Below are positions 46,722 to 58,800 of a DNA stretch of 64,000 bases, piece by piece; the first letter of the stretch is position 1; each line of letters opens with the position of its first letter. Position numbers and translations under genes: made by a program. The DNA comes from Blastocladiella emersonii ATCC 22665. Taxonomy: Eukaryota; Fungi; Blastocladiomycota. The stretch is taken from NCBI GenBank assembly GCA_025594325.1, contig JANHCV010000008.1:248001-312000 (forward strand), given 5' to 3'. The notes under the pieces are model-generated. The model was not told where the DNA came from. It worked only from the letters and a program-made list of their open reading frames with translations, and searched no databases.

Positions 46722-47809
46722 TGCTTCATGCCACGAGGGGGTCGGCGGAGCGAGCTTCGCGGCGTCAAACGGCGCGAAACTCATCCCAGCCGCGTCACGT
46801 GACGCTGGCGTGATTTCCCGTCGCGTCTCGCGACTCGAAAGAAGCGTGGCCACCAACCACCGGCGTGCTGAAGCGCCGAATCGGCTGCATCGTGATGCAA
46901 GTAACGAATAATGACGCATCGCGCGCTCGCCGCTGCTGCGGCCAAACGCTCGGATTGAGCGACTTGAGTTTCTCAGGCGAGTCACAACAACTTGCTCGCT
47001 CCGCTTTCTAACGTGGGGAATTTCAACCAAGAACATGCATTGCAACATTGCAAAGTGAGGAAATGACAAAATTGTGACGTAGAGCGGCCAAAAGCCGCGC
47101 GCTTAGCACCTCGATCTTGACGTGACGCGACCACCACTCACGCGATCGTTACCTGGAGCGTCCGCGACCGCAATCCAAGCAGGATCCGGCGCCCGTCACC
47201 TTCGAGCTGACACTCGGAAACCTTGATCTCCTTCATCGCCGGTGAGACTCGGCCGACCAGCGCCGCGACAGCCGCGGCGGTCAAGACGCACTCCGCGAGC
47301 TGGAACTTGGTCAGCGCGCACGGCAAGTTGTGCGCGACGGCGTCGCCGTATTCGGGTTTCCGCTGGTTCGGGCTGTTCAAGCCGATCTCGAGGCCTTCAA
47401 GCGTCTCCGCCACGGCGCGCAAAAGTGAAGCGAGGGCGGCAGGTTTGAGGTAGACGCGGGTGACGGCCAGGTGACGAAGCTGGGTTTGCGCGATTCCAGC
47501 AGCGAGGTGGGCGATTCCGTCCTTGCCGAAACGGCCGCCCCGCAGTTCGAGACGCGCGAGGGACCGGGGCAGCGTTTGGAGTATGGCGGCTCAAGCCCCG
47601 CCACCGCCCGCCACGGCATCGCGCTTTTGCAGATCGCACTTCGCGTCCGTGCGCCACACCACCACGTGATAAATGAACGCGTCTCCGCTGTCTCGCGCGG
47701 TCACATGAGCTCGCCTGATGCGAAGCGATCAATGAATGCGGTCGGCGGCGACGAAAAATCAGGGGACGGTCACCGCGGCCGCCCGTTTCTAGCCCCGCAG
47801 AGCACGGCC

Positions 47810-48480
47810 ATGAAGCTGAATGCCCTACCCGTTTCCTTGGACGAGTTCGTGCACTTATGGTTTATCCATGGCTGCGACGACAAGGCGACGTCCGAGGAGC
47901 TCAAACGTCGCTATCTGAGTACGTGGCTCACCACCCTGTGGCTCACCACCCTCCACGGAGAAGCTCAAGGAGCGCGCAGACACCACGCGGCCGTGAGCTT
48001 CGAGCTTGTTTTGACGACCACGTCCGCTCCCTCGCGTAGTTTCGGCGTGTACTTGTTCGCTGGCGTCGACTCGTACTCGCGCATGATCTTCTACATACAC
48101 GCCGTCACGCGCAAGACGTCCATGGTCGCGTACAGCTGCTTCCGGTACGACTTTTCCTTGGACGCCCGCTCGCCCGCACTCGCGCTGACGCGCACAACGT
48201 GTTCGTAGCGCCGCGATCGGGGCGTAAGCATGTTCGACCAGGTTCTCGTCGACAGCGGGAGCGAGAGCAACCGGCTCGAGTTCGTGCAGGTCCAGCTTCA
48301 CAACCACCTTCCTCCGACCCGCGGCATGGGTCCCGCGGTCCAGCGCGTCGCGTCCACGGCCAACATCCGCGTCGAGTACCCGTGGCGGTACCCAAACCGC
48401 AGCGTATCCGAGCTGCGGCTTGGGACCCTCGACCGCATGGATATCGCGGCCATTTCCACCTCTCGGACCTCATGGACAAG
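47810..48480 (+). pseudogene. DDE integrase-core transposase remnant
   Basis: AGVDSYSRMIFYI, VLVDSGSESN and STANIRVEYPWR match the GIDGYSR / RSD.G.EN / S..NQRIERLWR pattern of IS3-derived eukaryotic integrases. N-terminal HTH-like segment at 47810. Confidence 0.75.
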
Positions 48481-48866
48481 TTCACGCGTGCGCGAGATCA
48501 GTCGCCCAACTGCCTGGATCTTGCGTCGAATTATGCTCCTACATCCTCACCTTCATCGAGATCACGAAGCAGCTCTCTGAATCGATTGAAATATAGTTGT
48601 GCACAACCTTGGCCATCTTGAGAAGAACTTGGGAGAACTCCATTGTGCGTTTCGACCCACAAATCGCTGGGTCGCGAGAATGAACAATTCGGCCATGGTT
48701 GGCACGATGGCCATGGTCATGGCCATCGTGATCCGTTCCGATCCCGCTCAAAGGACGCCAAAAAGCGAAGTAGGAACGAAAAGGGATACATTTTTTTGAC
48801 GTGGAAACGAAACAAGAGCGAGAATACGAGAACATGAGAAAACGAGATGCAGGGGTCGATTTGCAA

Positions 48867-49734
48867 CTAGATCGACCGCAGACTATGTTGAACCCAGCGA
48901 GCGGAGTTGATCGCGTGAAGCTTGAGGCCAGCGGGACCGTCGCACACCCCGCTTCTGCCAGGAACCGGCGCCTTGGCCTCGGCTGGCAGAACCGGGTCGA
49001 CGGGACGCTCGCGGGCCATGATCTGCGTGACGACGCACTGGGCCCCAGTGCCGCCGTGCATCTTGACGGAGGCGCAGCACCCGCGGTGCTCGGCGCGAAC
49101 TCTGGACAGCTTGGCGTTGAACTTGTTGACGGCTGCGGGGTACGAGGCGACGTGCTCCGCGATGTACGCGAGCTCGTTGAACGCACGCAGCGTACCATGA
49201 CCACGGAACTCGAGGAACTTGTTGAGCTGCCGCCGTAGGTGAACAATCAGCGCAGCAACAAACGTACCATCCGCTTCCGCGAGTTTGGTCAGCGGCGCGC
49301 TCTATAGCAAGTGCGACTTGGTGCATAAGTTCACAAGCGGGCGGGGTCCGCGGATCAGAGGCAAGACGCGCACCGACATGCTCGACCTGCGAGAAACAAT
49401 CGTCCACGGGGTGAGAAACGTCGCGTCGGGCAACGAGGCCCAGTTGTTGTCGACCTCGCAGCGGCCGCACCAGAGGATGGGTCGATCGAGAGCCATCGAG
49501 TCTATGATCTCCTCGGCGCAGCGGACGCACACCGCGAGCGAGCACGAACCGCACGCGTGAACGACAGGGTCTCACACGCCGGGTGGGCTAGATTATTGCC
49601 CGTGAGCGTCGGCGAACGATTCCATGCCAGCCGTGAAGGGAAAAAACGTACCACAGCGACTACAGACCGTGCTCTTGACCGCCGCGTCGTCATCGTCACC
49701 GTCAAAGTCGGTATAGAGTTGAACAGTCGCCATG
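48867..49734 (-). pseudogene. Second gene of the IS3EU-like element, Cys-rich, multi-exon
   Basis: ATG 49734 lies just inside the right TIR. Segments VCSRCG, CVRC..WCGRC and a GC3-rich exon (RQLNKFLEFRGHGTLRAFNELAY). Structure not resolved. Confidence 0.4.
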
Positions 49735-52700
49735 GTGAACGTCTGCGTCGTAGTTGGGCCTCGAAAGCAGGATGAGGTCGGGCTAAGCAGGGCTCTCGCC
49801 AGCTGGTTGCAGCAACCGTTCCATATTTCGTCGCCGCCGACCGCATTCATTGATCGCTTCGCATCAGGCGAGCTCATGTGACCGCGCGAGACAGCGGAGA
49901 CGCGTTCATTTATCACGTGGTGGTGTGGCGCACGGACGCGAAGTGCGATCTGCAAAAGCGCGATGCCGTGGCGGGCGGTGGCGGGGCTTGAGCCGCCATA
50001 TTTGGAGACACGCGTAGCTGCCGCGGGGCGCAGGCGGTGGTCGAAGATAATACAGGCCTGGACCAAGTCGGGGAGCCACGGGCCCGTAACTCGGTCACCG
50101 CGGTATGCGAGAAAGCACTCAGAAAGAATGACCTCGCGCACCGTGTTCGGGAGCCGAAGCGCGGCCACGGTCGCGGCGGTAGCGCCAGCGGAAGCGAGGA
50201 GCACGCTCGTCACCTTCTGCGACGGGCTCGCGAGAGCGCTGGCGATCGTCGCGACCATGGTGTCGGTCAGGCGCGCCTTGTAGACGGCAAGTCGCGGATT
50301 TCCTTCTTGGATCAGCTGGGCAAGCTTGCCTGGCACGGCCCCCGCAGCATCGGCGGGCATGTAGTCGAGGAGAATGGCGGCGGGGCCGAGGTCCTCAATG
50401 AATCTTTGGCCGCGCTTGTTCCGGGCGAAGATGGCCCGGATCACATCAAAGGACTCGAGCCGGCCCGCGTCATAAACCTGGCAAACGTCGTCTATGCTTA
50501 ACTTGATCTGGCGCTCCGATTCGATCCACAGGTTGAGCGCAGGAACGTTGCCGTTGAGCGCCGCGTTCATGAACGTGATGTTGTCGAGGACGTGGTCCAC
50601 GATCGCCCCGTGCACGCGGGGCGCTGCAGCTCGCGGGAGCACGGCATCGTACTGGGCGAGGCCAAGCGTGTCGGCGCGATCGTGCGCGCGCACGGCGCGA
50701 ACGAGGATGGCCTCAATAAGTGCAAGTATATCTAGCTTCATTGCAGGTAGTTCATTCGATGCGTGAGAGGTGCTTAGGAGGGAGAGAGTCTGCGAGCGGG
50801 GTTGCTCGCGTCGGCTGTGGGCAGGGGAACGCGAGCCCCTGTGCGTCGCGAGCATCGCGACTCTCACACCGCAGCGCATCACATGATTGTTCGACGCGTC
50901 CAATCAGCGCGCTACTTGCGCCTCCACCTCATTGCCAGTACCTCCACCACTCACTCCGTTCGGGTGTCAACTGTGCGGGGCTTTGCCCAAGTGCCCTCTC
51001 GCAGCGATCACACGGCACTCCAGACGCGTCGTGGACGCGCGATGCAAGGAACTGCATGATTTGTGAACTGAGAGACACGGAACTCGCTTCAGATGTAGTG
51101 CAGACTGAGATCATGCTTCTGACTCGCATTACTCAAAGGGGCTCGAAAGAAAGAGTCGCGACGCGTCAGAACCACGCGTTTGGGCCGTCGCAACACGCCT
51201 TCTTCGCGCTTTTGTGCGTCTTCCTGCTCTTGAGGAGGATCAAGTCGACTACGGACGTGGCGGAGATAGCTGAAGGTCGCTGAACGGATCGCTGTTCAAG
51301 TTGCGGGAGCGACTCCTTGTGCAGCGAGTTGCGATCAAGCGCGCACAAACACGAACTGGCTCGAGTGATGGTGGCTTTGATCGAGCGCTAGCGCGACTTG
51401 ATTGTGGGCGCCGATTACTCTCAACATCGCCCCAATGCAGCATACGCGCACGTAGCGCGTAGTTCCAGCGCGCTCAAGGCAACTGAGATCGGATTTGTGA
51501 CAGACGCGTCAAGGCGAGCCACTCGCTCGTAAGAGCATGCTGGTGTTTTGAATGAGCCGAAAATAAAGCAGTCGGCGATCGTGAACTAACAGAATGTATC
51601 ATGCACAACGAATGCACGCGAAGACTCGATATCGACCAACGCGTCGATTTTCCGCGAAGAACGCGACCAACCATGATTCTGTTCGCGTCGCACGCTATGA
51701 GCCAGCTCGAGACCTCGCGTGAGCTCGCCTCCTTGGGCACGGAACAACAGAGCTCGGATGAAGCGGATCTATGGTGGAAAGATCGCGAAAGGTCGATGCG
51801 AGTTACGGTGCCACGGGATGTCGTTGACAGCGACACGAGACACTCTAGCGCAGATGGATGGATATCGTGTACGTCTTGATGCGCGCATGAGCGGAGCGCT
51901 TTGTCTCGCTCTTGTTCGCCTGATGAAAGTTGCTGACGGACCGATCCTCATCGTCGTGCGAAACCCCGGAGCACGTGAGGATTGTCAAAATTGTACTGAC
52001 GCACGCCCGTCGGTGGAAAGCTAGCATCAACGGTTCCAACCGCGGTCGCGACGGTTTGCTCAGCCGACTTTCTCTCGCCTCCAGTTGCTCGGTAGACCTT
52101 GACAAGGAGTTTTTAGTGAATCGATAACACGTTTCGCTGCTGTGCAGGTAGCAGGGGTCGAGGTAAGAAGCGGCCAGCAGCGCAGCAGATGAGCCGCGCG
52201 TGATTGCGCTGGAGCAAAGCCAGATGTGCGCTTCGCTCGTGATGAAGTTCGAATCCCAGGCCGCCGCAGCAGAGATACCGCGTGACCGCTCGTCGCGAGA
52301 GTTTAAGCGACTTCGTTGCACAACCCTCGCTTGGCACGACGTCCCTTGGCAAGTGAACAGGACGCGAGGGGTCGCCAGGCGGGCACAACGGCGGTATAGT
52401 GGCGGCAACGGCGGTGAAGAAACCGCGTTTTAAGACACAAGGGGAAGAACTAGAACACAAATAGCATCGCCTTTGAGCCTGGGTCACCACGGGAAACAAG
52501 GCACTGGAAGGCCCAGGTACCGTGAAAGCATCCCACAACACGCTGCTCCGCTCGGCGAGCTCGCCTAAGCAGCACTTGTGCAGTAGCAAGAGCAGAGTGC
52601 AAAAGCGGTGCCAATGGAACACTCAAGTCAACGGCCGAGTCGAGCACAGCACGTCGCCGTGCGAGCGCCACCCAAAGGCGCCGAGGTGGGACAGGACCGG

Positions 52701-53276
52701 CGTGTCGTCGATTTCGTGATTTATGGAATCCATTGCATAGAGTAAATGAGCTTCATTGAATAAGGAGAGCAAACGGGAGGGGAGCGGAGCGGAAGCGAGA
52801 GCGAAGCGAAGTGGCGCAACGCGACACGGGGAGTGATGTCATTGAGAAAAGTGTGACTGTAACGTGACGAGCGTTAGCCACGAAATCGCGGTCACTATAG
52901 CTTGGGCAAAGCCCCGCATCCACGCCTTTCGTAGCGTCAATCCACTTCTCCGGCCTTCACCAACGCACTCAACCAATCCAATTCCATCCAACTCCTCCTA
53001 CACCGCGGTCACACAAGTCCGCCAAATCCACCTCCTCCCCCCACTCTCGCCTGATACGCCGGCAGCTCGACCCACTCCCCCTCCTCTTCCCCGCCGACAA
53101 AGTCTGCATCCCCCAAACTGCACCCCGCGACTCTCAACTGGCGACGCATCACATGATTGTTCGGCGCGTCTCCTCTTCGTGCGCGGGCGCCCTCACCTCA
53201 TCCATGTTCCGCGTAGCATAGAAGACACTCAATCTTTCCGATTACATCCGACTCTTCTCTCGCTCGCGCGCCGCAC

Positions 53277-54010
53277 TCACAAGTCTGCCAAATCCACCTC
53301 CTCCCCCACTTCCCTTCTCGCCTCGTACGCCGGCAACTCAACCCACTCCCCCGCGTCACCCACGTAGTCCACATCCCCAAACCGCGCCGGCGCCATCACC
53401 CGCTCGCTCGCCGGCCGCAACCCGCGTTCCCGCTCCACGAAGCGCGCAACGCTCCGCGGCATGACGGCGCGCTGGACGCGGCGGTGCAGCCACATCAATA
53501 AGCCGGCGGGGCCGAGGACGGCGGCGACGGCGAGGGCGAGGAGGAGGAGCGCGGTGATGAGGGTTGCGAGAGGTGGAGGGGTGGGTGAGGGTGGGGTGGG
53601 GGCGGTGAGTCGCGCAGCGGCCGCGGTGGAGGGGTCAAGAAACGAGGCGGGCGGCGACGGGAACAGCTGGGGGTTGAGGGAAGGCGGGTCGATGCACACG
53701 CCGAGCGAGGGGGCGGTGGTTGGTGGGAGGAGCAGGCCGAGCTCCTCTATCGCGACAGCAGAAGGTGATCCGAGCGCGACGCACGCCGCGGGCGGCGGAC
53801 ACGTCGAATCATGGACTAGACCGGGTCGCAGTGTAAGCCTTGGTCGCCGATCCGCTCTCACTGCACGAGCTTACGTGAAGCCCACGACGGCAGCGGGACG
53901 CCGCCCTTGACGTGCGTGGCGGCGCACCACCCGCGGATCGCGGGCGCTGCCGCGGCGCGCGTCGCGGTGCGAGGGGTTGCATGAGCTGTCGTGGTCTTTG
54001 ATGGTGCCAT
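53277..54010 (-). CDS. Single-pass membrane protein (224 aa, 2 exons)
   Basis: Exon 1 54010-53875, GTAAG..TAG intron 53874-53816, exon 2 53815-53277 join in frame. TM segment LITALLLLALAVAAVLGPAGLLMWL followed by basic HRR and a cytoplasmic LPAY motif. Confidence 0.7.
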
Positions 54011-54213
54011 TTGTGCGAGTTACATGAGCGGGAGCGTTGAGGGAGAAGAGAGCGGGGTTGACGTGGCGACCAAGAGCCGCAGCAGCGGTCAGCGAGGGTG
54101 ACTTGCGCGCACGCTGGAGCACAGGAACGATGAGAGCACACGCAAGAGACGACGGTATATAAGACGATCTATGGGGCAGGAAGTGGGGATCAAAACTGTT
54201 TGCGCGCTCACAC

Positions 54214-54819
54214 TTACGCGGTGGCGGGCTTCTCCATCTTGGCGAGCAGCGTGGCCTCGACGTAGTAGACGCGGGCAAAGTAGACGGCGGCGAGTCGGAC
54301 GAGCGACCAGAGGACAAAGTCGGGGAGGAGGACGGTGAGGAGGATGATCCAGGACCGGCGCGCGTCGCGGGCGTCGATGGGCTTGGGGTCCGAGATGACG
54401 TGGGTGCCCGGGTTCTCGCGGGCCATGAGGAAGAGCGTGGCGATCATGGTGGCGACGTAGGCGAGGACGTGCAGGAGCGACCAGAAGAAGTAGATGCGGA
54501 CGAGTGGGGCGCTGCGGCGGGTGAAGGCGACGAGGCCGAACACGGACATGGCGAGGCCGATGACGGCGAGCACGACGACGGCGTAGACCGAGTCCTTGAC
54601 CTCGGCCAGCAAAAAGTAGAACTGGTTGGCGAGGGTGTCGACGAGGGTCGGGTCGTCCTTGGCGGGGAGCAGGTTGAAGGCCGAGTTGAGGGCCGTGGCG
54701 AGGAAGAAGACGGAGGCGAGCGCCGTGTAGACGATCATGGCCTTGCGCAGGAAGGCGAGCCACCGCGTGGTGACGGCGTGCTGGATGGCGGCCTCGTTGT
54801 GCGTGGTCTTTGATGTCAT
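54214..54819 (-). CDS. Four-transmembrane protein (201 aa), tetraspanin/LAPTM-like topology
   Basis: Four hydrophobic segments, strong GC3 bias, TATAAA about 70 bp upstream on the minus strand. Confidence 0.8.
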   Translation of the reverse strand: MTSKTTHNEAAIQHAVTTRWLAFLRKAMIVYTALASVFFLATALNSAFNLLPAKDDPTLVDTLANQFYFLLAEVKDSVYAVVVLAVIGLAMSVFGLVAFTRRSAPLVRIYFFWSLLHVLAYVATMIATLFLMARENPGTHVISDPKPIDARDARRSWIILLTVLLPDFVLWSLVRLAAVYFARVYYVEATLLAKMEKPATA

Positions 54820-55844
54820 GGTTGGTTGGTTGGTTGCTTCGTTGCGTTGGGAGCGCGGATCGAGGTGCGGGGGCACGGGCAGACTTTATACCCTCGCGGG
54901 GCGATCCCCCTCACGCGTCCACCAAACTCGAGTGGCATCATCCAGCAACACGACGATGTGCAGGGCGACGTCACTGACGATGACCGGAGAATCTTGCTCG
55001 CGACGAGCGGTCCCTGCGCACGAGGGCGGTGCACGAGGGAGGCGCGCCCGAGGTGGCGGAGCGTGGCGGCGCGCACAGTGACGTCACTTGGAGGCCCCAC
55101 TGCCACAGTCTCGCAACTTTCATGCGGGCGGGCGGCGTATTGGTCGAGTATGACGGCGCATGAGTCATGCACGCGCGTCGCGTCGCTCCTCTGCTGTGTG
55201 GAGGTGCGGCAGCCGACGCGTCGACGCGCCGCGCCTCTCCTCCCTCGCGTCCCCCACCTGGACCTGGACTTGAAGTTTAGCCGGCCCACGGCGCGCGGCC
55301 GCGTACGGTTCCCACGCCGGGCCGTAAGCGTCCCCGGCGCGCGGCCGCGTGACTGCGCTTAGATTGCCGGCGCGGGTCCCACGCCAGCGGGGCCAGTCGC
55401 GTCGATGAAAGCGCGCGAGTCTCTGCGGTGCCCCAGTGGACTCAGGGACCGCCACCGCGTGTGTCCCCTCGCTCAGGATGAGAATCCGGCGTTCATTTCG
55501 AGGGCGGAAGAGGGCCGAGTTGAGTCAGACCGCGGCCGAGCTTCTGGCATGTTCCAGCAGCCCGTCCGCTTCGCGCAGCAGCGACACGCAGCAGGCCCAC
55601 GTTTCCGGGCCGGCGGGCTTCCGTGCAGAACGCGTGCCGCGCCGCGCCGCGCCGCGTCGGACCGTTTCGCAGTCATCGCCCGCCGCCGCCCCGCTGCCTG
55701 GCCGCCGCGTGTCTCGCCCGCTTCCTCTCTCTCCCCGAACACGGAATCATCAACCATCGTCCGCTGGCACTCGTTGCACACACTCGCACACTCTACGCAT
55801 CAACACACTCAACGCGCGCTGGCCGCCACACCACCACCACCACC

Positions 55845-58800
55845 ATGACGTCGTCATCGCTGCTGCAGCCGCCGTCGTATGGCGAGCACCGCGCGCACCT
55901 GCTGCGGTCGCGGTCGCCGCTCGGCCTGCCCGCCACCGACACCGACACGGCGAGCGTCGAGGACCTGCTGCCCACACGCGCGACCCCGCCATCGCTGCAC
56001 CGCGCCGTGCCCTCGACGCCGCCCGCGAGCAGCGCCTCGCTGTCGCGCACGTCCCCGCCCGCGATGGGCCAGCTGCGGCCCTTCTTCGACCCGATCCTGC
56101 TGCAGCACTACCTGGGCCTGTCGCGCAAGCTGGCCGCGCTGGCCCCGTGCCACGACCTGCTGGCGCGGCAGCGCGCCCACACGCAGTCGCTCGAGGCCGA
56201 GGTCAAGGCCCAGCGCGAGCTGCTGCCCAACCTCGAGAAGCGGTCGTACGTGTTCTAATTGACTTTTGTTGTGTGGGCTTGGCATCTCGATTATTCCCGG
56301 GCGCAGCGGCCTCTTGCTCGTCCGGGTAATCGACCCGGCACCGGCTCTTCCGCATCCGGGCGGACGCGTCGGCTGCGGAGCCAGATGCGGGACCTGCTGC
56401 GCCACTTCCTGCGCGCCGACTTCACCTCGCACCACTCGCTCACTCACCCCTCCCTCCCCCTACGTCACCGTCGTGTAGCCACAAGGAGCACCGCGACGTC
56501 GAACGGCTGCGCAAGCTGACGCTCAGCACGCTCGGCGCGCTGCTGCGCGGCAAGTACGCCGAGGCTTTGCACCGCGGCGAGCGCGACTTCTGGTCGGCGT
56601 ACTCCGCCCTCCAGGCCGCCGAGGACCGCGTGCTCGCGCTCGACTCGGCGCTGCGCGTCGCGTACGCGAAACAGGCCGGGCTCGAGGCCAAAGTGCGCGA
56701 GCTCGAGCGCGGCGAGGCCGAGATCGCGGACCTCGAGAAGCTCCTGTTCGATACCGACGAACCGTACTACGCGCGGTCGATCTCGCGGCGCACGACGGTG
56801 CGGGATGATGGGGTGGACTCGGGCCGGTCGACGCCCGAGCGCGGCCGGTCGCTGCACCGGTTCCCGTCGCGGTCCGCGTCCATGCACTCGGCCGCGCGCG
56901 TCCCGCTCCCGGCGCAGCGGGATTCGGGGATCCTGCTCCCGCCGACCCCGACCTCGTCCGACGGCGACACGGCTGCGGCGCTACCCGCGCCCGCCCTCAT
57001 CTCGCTCGCGTCGACCCCCGCCATGTCCGTACCAGACGCCAACGCCGACGTCGCTGCGACCCCCGCCCCGTCGTCGTCCATGTCGCTCGACACGGACCGC
57101 GAGACCGATGCGGCCAACGGCGACGCCGAGGACAACGCCGACGGCGAGGGCGAGACGGACGCCTCGCCGCCCGCGTCGCTGCTGCGCGTCCGCCGCGTCG
57201 CGAGCCCGCCGATCGTCGCGTCGCTGGTCCGCGCGCCGCGGTCCGCGAGCGCCGCGCCGCTCCGCGGCGGGGACCGTCTGACGCCGCTCGAGATGCTCGC
57301 GCCGCGGACGCCTGGCGGCCCGCTCGCCGGCATCGCCCTGTCCGCGCTCCCGCACACCCGTACCCCCGCGCCCGCATCCTCGGGCCCGCTTACCGCGACC
57401 CTCGCGCGTACGCAAGTCGCCGACGCGCTGCGCAAGCGGGACGACTCGGTGCGGTTCATCGAGTCCCAAATCGCGCAGCTCGTCGGCGAGAAAGAAGACC
57501 TGGCGCGCGCGCTCGACCACCTGGCGGCCGCCGAGCGCCACGTGCACCACTCGATCGCCGCGCTCGACCAGCGCAGCCCCGACCCGTGCATGGAGTGCGC
57601 GAGGCTCGCGAGGCTCGCCGAGGAGATCTTTGAGACGCGCCAGGAGCAGGCGTTGCAGCGGCTGTTGTCTCCGACGGCCGCGGCCGCGGCGGAGGAGGTC
57701 GAGGTGCAGCGGCCGCGCACCGCGTCAAGCGCGAGCTCGCGGTCCGCCGTCGAGGCCGCGGCGGCTGCTGCGTCGGGGGTCGCGGAGCGCGGCGATGGGA
57801 GCGTGTGGCACCCGGCCCCCGCACCCGCCGCGCAGCAGCCGCAGCAGTCCCAGCGGCGCGGCAACTCGCGCCTGCGCCGCCCGTCGCTCGCCAACCTCGC
57901 GCGCGCGGTTCTCGGCGGCGGCGGCGGGCGCGACTCGGACTCGGGTACCAACTCGGCGTCTGACTGGCCGTCATCGACCTCGTCCGCCTCCGCTGCGAGC
58001 GCATCCTCGTCGACGAACCTGCTCCTCCGCCCGCCGCGCGCGTCGTCCGACGACCACCACACCGACACCGACCTGCGCGACCGCCTCGCGCGGCGCGGCC
58101 GCGCCATCACGCTCGACACGCACTCGGCCGTCACCGCCGCTGCCGCGGCCGCCGCGGCCGACGAGGAACCCGTCCCGATCCGCCAACCCGCCGTGATCCC
58201 GCTCACGCACACGCTGACGGCGCCGCCGACCATGGTCACGCTGCGGCGCGGGAGCGACAGCAGCGACACCTCGAGCTCGGGCGGCGGGGGTGGGGTGATC
58301 CGGCGGCTGGGCCGCCGCCACCGCCGCCGGATGCGTGCGCGGCGGGCGCGTGGAGGGCACCGGTCCGACGATGGGGATGAAGATAGCGACGACGGGTCGC
58401 GGTCGCGCAGTCGGTCGCGCAGCCGGTCGCGCCGCGGCGGCGGGTGGCTGAGCGACTCCGGCGCCGCCGCGTCACCGCCGCAGTCTCCGCGGCTCGACGC
58501 GAGCGACCCCGCGACGTTGGTGGGCCGGTGCACCAAGCACCCGAAAGTCGTGCCCGGCCGGCAAGCGCAGTTTTCCTTCTCTTCCTCCTCTCGCACCCCG
58601 CGGTCCCGATTCCACCCTCACCACCCTTCCCCACCTACCTCCAAAATCGCGCCCGCCATCGGCGCGAAACTCATCGGCGACACCCAGATTGCGCACCTGC
58701 ACCTCCGCGAAGCCGCGTCCGTCTCGGCGGCACACCTCGGCGGCGACGTGCCGATCGCCGGGCTCGATCTCGCCCTCAACAACGCGACGAGCGAGTCGGC

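Larger units (their letters stand above)
47582..50000. mobile_element. IS3EU-like DNA transposon, internally deleted
   Basis: 175-bp TIRs (47582-47756, 49826-50000) with TATGG..CCATA termini. Direct target duplication TTTGGAG at 47575-47581 and 50001-50007. Integrase-core remnant inside. Confidence 0.85.
47138..50741 (-). pseudogene. RNI-like LRR gene split by the IS3EU-like element (parts 50741-50001 and 47574-47138)
   Basis: Removing the element and one TSD gives ..ACLQTLPRSLARLELRGGRFGKDGIAHLAAG.., continuing LRR-like repeats. An extra 1-bp shift lies near the G run at ~50070. Confidence 0.75.

Noticed and set aside
51300-52730. Possible minus-strand gene (ORF 52113..52622 and neighbours)
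   Set aside because: Fragmentary frames, no recognisable motif and no resolvable splice model. It may be a decayed gene behind the motif at 53149, but I cannot support a call.
56767-58596. Long antisense ORFs (also 27990..28829, 61837..62955, 24290..25171, 54400..54813)
   Set aside because: These are shadow ORFs opposite GC3-rich real genes, with no independent motifs or start context.
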